This document shows, piece after piece, positions 1 through 11,180 of a stretch of 64,000 nucleotides of DNA (position 1 is the stretch's first letter; each line of letters opens with the position of its first letter). Source of the DNA: Lama guanicoe (taxonomy: Eukaryota); contig MU053487.1 of the NCBI GenBank assembly GCA_013239625.1, forward strand, positions 1,943,058-2,007,057, given 5' to 3'. A program made the position numbers and the translations under genes. The notes beneath the pieces are model-generated. The model saw only the letters and a list, made by a program, of their open reading frames with translations, did not search any database and was not told the DNA's origin.

Positions 1-229
1 GGTCGTGTAATACTTGACTTGTCAATTTTGCTTAAATTTAGAATTTTCATTAGAATTGGATTTGTCTTTTTTTTCCCCCTTACAGAGCTGCTTTATTGGT
101 GATTTTATGCATTTTCATTCGGAGATTTTAGCAGTCCTTTTTCTAGGATCCCTTATGCATTATGGATTACTAAATGTTGATACTCCGTATTTCTGTCATT
201 CTGTCTTCATTTATTAGCTGGATCACTTC

Positions 230-730
230 TGATGTGCATCAGGACACGCTACCCCAAAATAGGGCAGCGCCTTGGCAGATTGAAGTTGTCACCTTGACAC
301 ACTTGAGTTGAAAAGAGATGGCAGAAGCAGGAGGGTCACTCTGACCTTCAACTACCCTTTGTCTTCTGAAACAGGTCATAAGATCCTCATGTGAAATGTG
401 CCCTTCTTACACCCAGGAGAAATGAGCATCCTTCTGTCTGAGGACAAAGGGTTGCCCAGAAGAGTCCTAACAAACAGGACTTGCTACACTTACCTCATAT
501 TCTGTCACTTATCATATTTCTGCACAACTGTTCACGCCTCAAACCCAGCATGAAAATACTCCAGTCTGATTCTTCAGTTCTTCATTTCATCATCAAGGCT
601 GCATGACACATAAAAGTTATACTAAACAAACGTGGATGCTTTCCTCTTGTTCATCTGTCTTTGTCAGTTGAATTTTTCAGACTCAGCCCAGGACCCTTAG
701 AGGGCCCAGGAATACTTTTCCTTCCTTACA
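230..730 (+). mobile_element. ERV1 solo LTR, MER34/MER39-like
   Basis: TG...CA termini and a 4-bp TSD CTTC (226-229, 731-734). The start 'caggacacgctaccccaaaat' and end 'ttttccttccttaca' resemble MER34-class LTRs. Confidence 0.75.
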
Positions 731-734
731 CTTC

Positions 735-1110
735 TTAAAGGAGAACTTGCCCTCATTAACCTAGTGACCTAGAGGTATAGTTCGTAAAGAAGAGACAGAA
801 GAAATGTTGGTTCTTTCCCTTTATTTATGAATTTTTCATATAAAGTTTCCTAGCAACTTCTAAAATTGGCCAGTGGTTTTTTATGTTTGAAATATCATTA
901 CGAACTCATGAATTTAAAAATATTGGATCGGTTTCAATTCCTTGTAGTCGTAATTCTTATTACCCATTCTTGGCCAGTCGGAGCCTGTTCACTGTGATTT
1001 TGAGACCTCTCCTCTTGAGAGTCTCTGAGAGCTTCCTTGCCTCCTAGTATGAAAAGATGTCCAGAACTTATCTTGTATGTTTCTCGCCCCAAAGCCAGAG
1101 TCAGCCAGGC
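735..1110 (-). mobile_element. Old L1 (L1MC/MD/ME-like) 3' region fragment
   Basis: 'aagatgtccagaacttatcttgtatgtttctcgccccaaagccagagtcagcca' resembles the antisense 3' UTR of old L1. Boundaries are approximate. Confidence 0.45.
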
Positions 1111-1361
1111 TTGCACATTGCTTGGGTGTCCAGGGTGAATTTATGCCTCAGGAAGGTCAGTCACAACAGAGAGATCAAGTGTGAGGTGCACACACAGTCA
1201 CAGATTTCCGTGGGTTCTCCTCCAGTGAGAAAATGGAAATTCCTGGTGAGGGGTTAAGAGTCTCCTTAGATCCTCCTGTGGTCCTCCTGCAGCACCTTGA
1301 GAACCTAGGTCATGGTATTTGTAGGCATAAGTATCAACAGGCAGGTGGGCAGAGTAGAAAC

Positions 1362-1693
1362 AGCTAGAAAACCCATCACTGAGGACTCACAGCCCATGTC
1401 TGCTGTGTTTTTAATCTATTAATATGCTCAGAATGGCTGTGGACCAAAGTGGGTGATAGCTAGAAAACCCATCACTGAGGACTCACAGCCCATGCCTGCA
1501 ACTTCACCCCGTTTGCTTCCCATTCCCACTGCCCTTGCTAGAAAGCGTCTGCCCCCTGACCCAGCGCAGACGCAATATTCCAGAAAAGTATTTCCGTCCA
1601 GGAGCCTCCAACATTTCTACCTCTCCCATAACTCTGTTTTTAATCTATTAATATGCTCAGAATGGCTGTGGACCAAAGTGGGTGATAGCTAGA
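1362..1693. repeat. Local direct duplication with A-B-A-X-B structure
   Basis: 1362-1403 is repeated at 1458-1499 with 1 mismatch. 1406-1464 is identical to 1635-1693. Confidence 0.9.
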
Positions 1694-3156
1694 GTAAGAC
1701 AGAACTGTTGATGTTCCAGAGAAGGTGCTGGAGGCATGAACCTTGAATAAGAGAAAGCTGATAAGGTGACTCCTCCATCACACCCCTCTGCAGCTGCTGC
1801 CATAATTTCCAGCACAATAAAGTGTGAACTTTGGTATAAAATCCAACAAGTTTTGAACACATGCCAACTCTCTATGAAACAAATTTTGAACAGAAATAGG
1901 AGCCATCCTTCCATAAGACAGGGCTAGAGGGCTGAGTATAGAATCCCAAAGAGTCATATTAGGGCCAAATGACTCATTTCTGTTAAAGGTATATGGTATT
2001 TAAATTGGTATTCTTCCCTGAAGACTAGTTTTTAAAAAATGAGTGTTTATTAGTAGACCAAAGTAATGTATTCTTACCTATTACCTCTAAAAATAAGAGA
2101 GAAAATATCAGACACCATTAACTAAGAATACATTTTTTTTTCTGAAATGATTTGCACTTCAAATCTGGCTTCAAAATTGGGATTGGATAGGTGAGTAACC
2201 AGGTAACACAGAAGTACCCAGTTTTTTCCTTGATTTATAAATCTTTGCCTGGATGTCATATACTACTCCCTAGAGATACATTGTGGAAAACCATGAGAGT
2301 CTCCTCCTTGAAATTTAGCACTTATAAACAGTGTCTTATCTAGAAGGTCACCATCTGCAATTAAACATCATTTTAAAAGCCCAGAGGAAATGAAATGCTA
2401 AGTGTGACATTCTTTGGATCATGCTTCCAGTTTATTAAATTGCAGGAAATAGGCATTCTCATTTTCCATTCATTTTTAGTTACTCTTTTTAAAGCTGCAA
2501 GAGTAATCGATTAGTGGGGCTTCATATTTTCTGGACCAAATTTTTCCTTTCTTAATATCTGTATTTGGAAATTTTGAATCAGTCTCCTTTTGGCCAAGAT
2601 GTATATCATGAGTGTGCAAAGGAAGGGGAAAAATGGGGAAAAGAAAGATATGAACTTATGGTGATAATGAATTACTCATAGGGTAAAATAGGAAATTATA
2701 CCCTAGATCTCATGTTCATAAAAATAAGTCTCTAAATGGTAATAGTAAAATCTATAACATTTTAAAATAAAAATATATTTGAGACATTAGATTAGGATTA
2801 AGTTCATTTGAAAAGGTTACTATAAAATGCAAACATCAGCTTCTTATTCTGGTTGTAATCATGGTGAACTATTATATCTACATGTCCCCTCACACTGTAA
2901 ACAGTTATAAAATGTACAAAATGTATGATGCAGCTGTTTGAAGGCATTGGAGAGCAAAAAGCATAGGGACTCTGATCCATGGGAAAAAGGAAACATGGAG
3001 AATGAGCTTGGTGTTCACCTTAGCACTCTTCCTGGGGAAACTTGTAAAATCTCACACAGAGAAATGGATTCCAAACACAGAGCAGTAGCCTTCCTGGTAT
3101 AAGAAGTAGAGAGCAGACTTAGGGGTTGAAGTGGTTACTGGAATTTCCAGGACAGG

Positions 3157-3595
3157 ATATTGCTGCAAATGGCAACATTTCCTTTTTTATGACTGAGTAC
3201 TATTCCATTGTGTATATAAACCACATTTTTATCCATTCATCTGTCAACAGACGCTTAGGTTGCCTCCGTATCTTGGCAATTGTAAATAATGCTGCTATGA
3301 ACATTGGGGTGCGTGTATCTTTTTCAATTAGTGTTTTTGGTTTTTGAGAGTTTATACCCAGGAGTGGCATTGCTGGGTCATATGGTAGTTCTATTTTTAG
3401 TTTTGGAAGAAGCCTCCATACTATTTTCCACAGTGGCTTCACCAATTTACATTTCCACCAACAATGTATGAGGGGTCCCTCTCCTCCGCACCCTCTCCAA
3501 CCTTTGTTATCTGTGTTGTTTTTGATGATAGTCATTCTGCCAGGTGTGAGGTGGTATCTCATTGTGGTTCTGATTTGCATTTCTTGATGATTACC
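3157..3595 (-). mobile_element. LINE-1 ORF2 C-terminal fragment
   Basis: ORF 3200-3622(-) reads [14 protein letters not shown]...[14 protein letters not shown]...[13 protein letters not shown]...MFIAALFTIAK, the classic ORF2p C-terminus. Confidence 0.95.
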
Positions 3596-3854
3596 AGTGT
3601 TAGCAATATCTCCATTATACATTGAGTTTGACCTGAAATGGCTTCTTAAAAATAAAACTATTCTTCTGGTTTTATCTACAACATATAAAGGGCTTGGAAG
3701 TTGTTATTCCTGCCTTTACAACTCAAAAAAAAGCTGAGCAAACTGGGTATCAATGGCTTTTTGTGGAATCATTGGAAAACTGAGATCACAGGGCACGTGA
3801 AATCTGGAGGGACAAATACAGAGAATCAAAGCTAAGATGAGTCTACTGGAGATT

Positions 3855-4626
3855 GTTGAGCTTTTGTAGTTCAATTTTAAGGAAATTAAGTTTGGCATTT
3901 CACAAGTTCCCTGTAATGGCCGTTGATATTCTAAGTTGCTTTGGATCAGATCTGTCCATTTAATTAGAAATACACATAAGCAAGGACCATAGTTTCTAAA
4001 CAGTAAAGTTGGCTGGAGTCCCTGTAGGCAGAGGAGGTCCCTCAAAATACTTAGAAAACTGGGATCCCATTTCCTAGAGGTTTTGCCTCTAGAGTAAAGA
4101 ATAATTTCAAACAATCTAAATAGCATACAATTGCAAATAGTTCAATTTAAGCAGTTTGCAAGTCAGTTCTAGTCCATCTTAGGGAGACAGTTTGGTCCTA
4201 GAGGAGACAGGCCAAAGCCCTTTTTTTTTAGCCAGTCTCCAGAAGGCAGCCCTTGCAAACGAATGGGTCAAAGGTTAGCCAGCTCAGGAGGAGCATGCCC
4301 TGTTCTGAAGGGAATAAGTCAAAGGCTAGCCAGTTCCAATGAAACAGTCTGATCTTATCAGACCTAAGTGCCAAGCAAGTGCTCATATATAAAGCAAGGC
4401 CTTAAGCAGAAAGACAAAACTTTTAAATAGATCCTGAATAAAGCCAAAAGAACTTCAAAGGTAAAGAGGGCGTGAGCTTGCATCCAGGAGAAAGACAGAC
4501 CTTCAAACTCCAGGGTCAAGGAGAAAAGCAGTGGGTGGCAGTGGTCTCAATTGTGGGTTCTGCATCTGTTTGCTCCCCAGCCTCAGAGCCTTCAGTGGTC
4601 TCTGATCCCCGTATGAGCCAGCAAAA
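3855..4626 (-). mobile_element. ERV1 internal 5' region: PBS, leader and decayed gag start
   Basis: tRNA-Ile-like PBS at 4606-4623. The ATG at 4070(-) gives MGSQFSKYFEGPPLPTGTPANF, then a frameshift into FRNYGPCLCVFLIKWTDL. Confidence 0.7.
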
Positions 4627-4961
4627 TGTTGACCTGAAACAGACTGTCAGGTAGTCCGCCAGCAAAGATGGGTTTATCCGGAATCAGCGAAGAGTTATAA
4701 TTCAGGGTCTGCAACCATGGCGTGTCATGTGTGAACCCCCACAGGGCAAAGGAAGGAGAACTCTTTTAAAGAGGGGAAAGGGAGGTGGGAGGGCTATAGT
4801 AAACGCAGAGTACGTGGCTTTCCATTTGCTGAGTTATTGCCAAGAAAGGAGAGGAGTCTTTCTTCTTCCTGTTGGGCTCAGCTCTCTTTGCAGGGTGTGA
4901 GAGCTCCCCATTCTGGTCTCCTGACTGCCTAGTTTAGGGTTCTGTTTATGAACTTTTCACA
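4627..4961 (-). mobile_element. ERV1 5' LTR
   Basis: TGTT...CACA termini, followed on the minus strand by the PBS 3 nt downstream. Confidence 0.7.
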
Positions 4962-4964
4962 GAT

Positions 4965-5232
4965 GAGAATTGGAAGCATGTGTATGAACTCATGTTTGGC
5001 TTATTATAGACACAGATAGTTATAGGTGCATGCACAAGTTAGTTTAATAAACACATTAAGTTTTTGCTCTGCCAGCTGAGTGGACCTAAAAAAAAAATCA
5101 ACGCAGCAGCAAGTAGCACGTGAGAACTAGGAACTTTTTCAAACATTATTCCCTGGTTAAAAGTATCGAGGATCCTTGAGAAATGGCTGATTCTAGGAAT
5201 GGGGCAAAAAATGTTCAAGAGGAGCCCGGAGT
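4965..5232 (+). mobile_element. L1MC/MD-like 3' UTR fragment
   Basis: 'ggatccttgagaaatggctgattctaggaatggggcaaaaaatgttcaagaggagcc' matches a recalled old-L1 3' UTR motif. Confidence 0.5.
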
Positions 5233-5310
5233 GTCATATTTCTGTCTTTGCCCATGTCTTCCTTTATTTGTTCCTTTGCATGGGCCATGTATTCCTGTTC
5301 CTTTGTATGC

Positions 5311-5364
<54 letters not shown>

Positions 5365-6050
5365 AACTGAAAACTGGACATTTGAATCTTACGATATGTT
5401 AACTCTAGAAATCAGCTTCTCCTCCACCTCTATGGTTTACTGTCTTTTTGATTAGTGTCTCTGTGCTGGAGTTAGCCTGGGGTGAAGGCTTGAGATATTT
5501 TCAGGTCTTTTCTGATTCTGTGTCCTTCCAAAGGCATGCATAGTGGCTTTTAAATACTCTCTTGTTTTCGGTGCTTTTAAATAGCCGAGTCCTTAAATGT
5601 CTGACTTCCTAAAGGAGGAAAAGAGACAAAAGAAGAAAAACAGGTGCTGTTCCTTTAAATCCCCCAGGGGCACTTCAGCCAGTGAGGTTGGGGCAGTGGT
5701 GCTCAGCCTCTGCCTGAACCTGCGTGGTCAAAAGCAGCAGTCAGCACTTAGAATACAGAAGCTCGATATTTGGCAGGCAGGGTGCTTATTACCCACCCTG
5801 GCTCCTGCAAGCCACACCAGAAATGGCATGGCTGCCTGCTTCGAGGCTGAGGTTGGAGCGTGGGTAACTGCTACCACACTGACCGTAATAAATGGCAATT
5901 TACTAGGCAAGCCTTCCCCGGGAAGCTGCAGACACTCAGACAGACTCCAGATTTCCATAATAGTTACTTCAGTGTCTACCAGAACAGTTGTCTTCTAGGT
6001 GTAGGGACCAATTCCTAGTACTCTTTGTTCTGTCATCTTCCCTGATGTCA
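5233..6050 (-). mobile_element. Old L1 5' region fragment
   Basis: The segment 'ttcctgttcctttgtatgc...aaactggacatttgaatc...aactctagaaatcag' resembles the antisense 5' region of old L1M. Confidence 0.4.
5313..5360. repeat. (TG)24 microsatellite
   Basis: Perfect TG run read directly. Confidence 0.97.
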
Positions 6051-7679
6051 CCCCAGATAAGATTTTAAGCACTGTTAATAGCATGCTTTCCAGAGGAATC
6101 TCAAATATAAAATCAATAGGATTTCTTGATCCACACGCTATACAGAAGGATTAAGAAGAGATATCCCAATGTGAAAGCTCTTTTCTATCTTCTTCTACAT
6201 AATTAATAAGGACCAACTAGAATTCAATACAGTGATCTTTTCTCCCATTTAATGATTTTCCTCATAATTTGCATTGGTATTAGTTAGCCTCAAGCCCCAT
6301 TGCCCAGCCATTGTCCCATATTGAGTTTCAATTTGAAATTAATTGTCAATCTGCCTTGGCTTGGTGTAATGGACTTCTCTTTTTACTGATACATGGAAAA
6401 CAGATGTAAGGCAGACACAAGGCACCTATGTAACAGACTGAATCAGACCATTAAGAGAATTACTTCTGCTGTGTCCTTGAGCAGATGAGACAATCCATCA
6501 TCTGACTGTGCAGTCAGTCTCTCACACCCCATCATCCTTAAATGGTGTACATGAATCAGAATGATAATCCAAAGATTAAATATTATATCCTCCAAGAGTC
6601 ACTAACTTTATTCTCCTGCCTGGCTGGGGAGATAATGACCAATCACCAGAGGCCAGGCTCATCCTGAACTCTAAATAAAGCACATCCCGAGGCTGGGCTC
6701 GATGCTAGATGTGCACCTTCACTCCGGATGAAATGTCAGAGAGGAAGGAACTGTTCGTTCTGTTAAAAGCCATGGCTTAATTAGCACCTCTTCTTCACAA
6801 AAAAACAAACCAAGTATCAGAGATGATTTCTCTGAATGAACTTTTTTTTTCTTCAAAAGACAGTAATTCAGATTGGGTTGCCTGTTAAGATAACACTTGG
6901 CACAAACATGGGAATACAATGTTAATTGAAGCAATGAGTCACAAACCCACAGCTAACACCTAGGGAGACACAAACACAGATGTCCCCTGCCTTCTTCCTT
7001 TTCTTCCTTCCTCTTGCTCACACCCACAGCTGAGGAGGATGGTGAGCATTCTCACCAATGCAGTGTGAGTAGAAGGGGCTTAAGTCGTTTTTTGGAATCT
7101 TTTGCTTTGTTTTATTTTATGTGTGTATTTGGGCTTTTTTTAATGTACCCCAGAATTCCTTCAGAAATGACATTTGCCTCCAATCTCCATTTGCTTATTA
7201 TTCATCAGAATTATCTGAAGTGAAGAGATCCGCATGTCTAAGTTGATACTGGCCACATTGACATAATGATTTGAGATAATAGACATAAGTGCAATAAGAT
7301 AAAAAAAAAGAGAAAAGAGAAGTAAAAAGAAGCAAGAGAGAAGATTTATTTTTAAATTCAAGGAAAGGGCAAGACAAGAGTCAACAGACGGTGAACTGTC
7401 CTTTTGGTACTGAATCCTTTTGCTATCCTTTGGTACCTGAATTAGCATTTTCCCGGCACTGTTGGAATGAGACTTATTATTATTATTTAATAAATAGTGT
7501 GCTGCCTTCTTGCTTTCTCAATCTGAATCATGCTTAAAAATCCTGGAATTCCAGTTGCTCAATAAGCTCTTCCCATTCCCCTTTCCCCGCACATGCAGAC
7601 AAGGAGGAAGTCGGTTTGCCCTTCACACTAGACTACAGTTATAAGCCGTGCTTTGAAAATCTGAAATTTAGTGACTGGT

Positions 7680-7997
7680 TGTTATGGGTCGAATCGTGTG
7701 CCCCTCTCCCCAGATTCAAATGCCCTAGCCCCAGCTACCTCAGAATGTGTCCTTGTTTGGTCATAGTCTCTGCAAAGGAAATCAAGTTAAAGTAAGGTCA
7801 TGAGGGTGGGCTCTCATCCAGTATGACAGGTGTCCCTTATAAAAGGGGAAGTCTGGAGACAGATGGGCCCAAAGGGAGAACGTCATGTGAAGATGAAGGC
7901 AGAGATTGGGGTGATAATTCTACAAGCCAACAAATGCAAAGATTGCCAGCAGACCAGCCGAAGCCAGGAAAGAGGCATGGAAGGGATGCTCTCTCAC
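7680..7997 (+). mobile_element. MaLR LTR, MLT1B/C-like, 3' truncated
   Basis: Starts 'tgttatgggtcgaatcgtgtgccc'. Contains 'cctcagaatgtg' and 'catgtgaagatgaaggcagagattggggtga'. Confidence 0.8.
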
Positions 7998-8249
7998 TTG
8001 GCCCCTGATAATCCGCTGCCTCACAAAGTACATTAATGAGCATTATAGAGACAAAGGTAGAGCTCAGATAGAAAGATAAATTGCCGTGTAAAATAAAGGG
8101 AGCAAATTTAAGTTACATGAGGGATTCCAAGTGTTGGAAACCCTAATATGGATAATTATTTGTAATTGTTTGCTCATGCTCCATCCTTGGCTTGCTTACT
8201 TGCCACACACACTTTGGTCTCAGCTGTGTGGCTGTGAGGAGCAGGCATC

Positions 8250-8520
8250 TGCCGTATCCCAGTGGAAAATTTAAATGCATCTTATGGCTTGGCCGGGGAC
8301 CTCTTGTGCTTACCTTCCACCAAGAGCATCACTTGTCCAGAGAGTAGCTATTCCTTCAGCTTGGCTCCAACATGAGAAGATGTGTTTAATGTAGCAACCT
8401 GGCCAAGCCTCGCCAAGCTCCTCAGAATCCCAGCTGACCATCAACTCTTAGGTAACGCAAGCAAGCAGGAAATTTCTGGAAGCCGCTAAGATTTGGGGAG
8501 ACTTTGTTACACAGTATAAG
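8250..8520 (+). mobile_element. Old MaLR LTR fragment (MLT1K/L-like)
   Basis: 3' motif 'aagccgctaagatttgggg...ttgttacacag'. Confidence 0.45.
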
Positions 8521-9384
8521 GGAGTCACAGAACAGTACCAGCAATATCTCTGTTCTCATCTCTGATCTTAAGTATCATGGATCCTAAAATAAACCAAGGA
8601 AAATAGCTGTTAATACAGGTCTGTGCTCTACAAAGCACAAAGATGAAAATGGGGACATCGAGACTTCTGCAGTGAAACACTCACAGCAGAACTAGCAAGA
8701 GAAAAAAAAGTAAAGGCGAAGTCAAATAAGAATCAATATTTACTGAGGCCCTTCTTTGAAAAATCGATCATAATACCTTGTGGGAAGGAAATGGTTTTCA
8801 GTGCCTGTAATGTTTGACCTCAGCCAGAACTCCTAGTAAACAGTCTACTACTCTGATTGGGTTTAGTAACAGGGAACTTGAAGATCTTTAAAATGTTTCT
8901 AGTAGTATGGACTTGGGCATCCAGATTGCTTATTATAAATAAACTTGGAATGTATAGTGAAGTGGGCCATGACTGGATGGACAATAAGAAGTAGTCACAC
9001 AGATTTTTTTTTTCTCTGTGTGTGACTTAGGGAGAATGAATACTGAGAAACCAGACTCAGACTCAGGGAGATAGGCATTGTTCGTGCCGTCTGCTATGGT
9101 GAAGCCAGATCCTGACCCAGGGAAAGAGACATCTTATAAAAGCTATGTCTGATGGTTTGAGGTCCCTCCAGAGAAGAATGTTGTTCAGGCTACTTCCTTG
9201 CTGTCTTCTTTTCATAGTTGGCAAAGTTTGTTGTTGAATAAGGTTTGTAAATCCCGTGAGTCTGTCTTGCCAACTTAACCCTTGTGGTGATACCCCAATT
9301 GTAATGAGAAATTACTGCATTTTACCTTGTGTCGGCCACTATGCTAAGTCTTTGATGGGCTATTTGAATAGTAGAAGAGACAGG

Positions 9385-9725
9385 TGTTATGAACTGGATG
9401 TTTGTGTGTCCCCAAAATGCATATGCTGAAATCCTAACCCCTAATGTGTTAGTAGGAGGAGGTAGGGCTTCTGGGATGTTCTTGGGTCAAGAGGGTGGAG
9501 ACCCTGGGAGAGGGATTAGTGTCCTTGTAAAAGAGATTGCAGAGTGGTCCCTCACCGCTTCTACTAGGTGAGGACACAGTGAGAAATAGGCAGTTCACAG
9601 ACTGGAAGAGAGCCCGCTGACTCACTGATCTGGGACTTCCATTGTCTAGAACTGTGAGAAATAAATTTCTGTCATTTTTGACTGCTTAGTCTGTTGCTCT
9701 TTGCTGTAGCAGCCACACTGAGACA
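9385..9725 (+). mobile_element. MaLR LTR, MLT1A-like
   Basis: 'tgttatgaactggatgtttgtgtgtccccaaaat...gaaatcctaacccc' through 'tctagaactgtgagaaataaatttctg...agcagccacactgagaca'. Confidence 0.85.
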
Positions 9726-10922
9726 CCACAGCAGCAGGCAAGTTCAACCTTGTGCTCTGACAGAGGTCAGCAGAGGGTGCCAAGGAGACGGGGTGGGGCA
9801 GGGAAAGGATTCACTTCATTCTGAATCTTTTTACATTTTAAAAAAATGGTTAGTCCCTCTCATGGAGTCTTGTGATTAATGAAAATCTTGATTAACTTTT
9901 ATTTAATTGCATTCCTTTTCTTAGTTTGTAAACTCTCAGGAGGCAAGAATTTGGGCTATTTACTTATCTTTGAATACTGCTAAATTTGCTAGTATAGCCG
10001 TCCGTTTCAATTAGGTACTGAATGAAATATTTTATAAAGAAAGATGTAAAAGCTATAGACGTTATTTAAATATTCAGTTTATAAGAATGTGAATAATTTG
10101 CTCTTCTTCAAAATTTAATGCCTTTGGCATAAAGCAGACAGAAATACACATATTATTTTACACATCTTTTGTGTGTGCCACACAGGCCTACAACATTTCT
10201 TCCAGCAGAAATCTACCTTATGTCCTTCTGCAAGGCTTGTTTAAAATATATAATTGATCCAGGGACGGGCACTCTTACTATAACTTCCAGACTATAACTT
10301 CCAGAAAAAAAAGAAGGTACTTAAATAGGAGTAGAGATATTATTTCTTCCATTAGAGAAATGATACTCTGCATGTATCTAATATTGTGAACATGCCATTT
10401 TCTAAGTCCAGCAGTGCAGTTTCATATATTGAAAGAGCAGAGGTAGACACAGATATACTCAGCACTAGAAGATTAAGTGATGGAATGAAGTACATTTCTG
10501 GTAAGGACTTTTTCTAAATACGAGTAACTTTGCTGCACAGTGTTGGCCCCTGAGATTTCCGTTTAGGTAGGACATTACAAGCGTGATCTTTTACTTTAAG
10601 TCTGACTGGAACCCTGCTCCTTTTCTGTCTGTAAGTATAGCACCTGCTCATCACCTATGTGGTAAAAGCAGAGTTCTTTAAGTAGCCTGCAACTGGGGGT
10701 AATGTGGGATTATTTCCCTGGGGAGAATGATGTGACGTTCGCCATCACTATAAATTCCCATTGGCTAGCCATTTCATTTTTTCCAAGGCTCCAGAATTCA
10801 AATATTTCTTACCAAATGCATGGTGTATCCTCTAATTAAGTTTACACGATCCAAAAATCTAAGATTTCTGCAGAGAAGAATGCATAAGATGCAAATGTTA
10901 ATGCAAAATCTTAGAAATCTTA

Positions 10923-11180
10923 GTGGTATGTCCATAAATAGAATATTATTCAGCAATAAAAACGAATGAAGTGGTGATACATACTACACTCATGATCATC
11001 AAATACATTCTGAATGAAGAAATCAGTTACAAAAGACTATACTATACAGTGTATGATTCCATGTATATGAAATGGTCAGAATAGATAAATCTATAGAGAC
11101 AGAAAGTAGACTAGTGGTTGCCTAGGATGTGTGTGGTAGGTGGAGGGAGAAGGAAGAGGTTGGAGAATGGTTACTAAAGT
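10923..11180 (+). mobile_element. L1MB/ME-like 3' end fragment
   Basis: 'gaatattattcagcaataaaaacgaatgaag...tgtatgattccat...atctatagagacagaaagtagactagtggttgcctagg'. Confidence 0.8.

Noticed and set aside
1362..1693. CRISPR-like repeat-spacer array
   Set aside because: Only two copies of each block, irregular spacing, mammalian context and no cas genes.
3200..3622. 140-aa ORF as a host gene
   Set aside because: It is the L1 ORF2p C-terminus, a transposon remnant with a non-L1 start.
4604..4623. tRNA-Ile gene or pseudogene
   Set aside because: Only the 3' ~20 nt match, directly beside an LTR, so it is a primer binding site.
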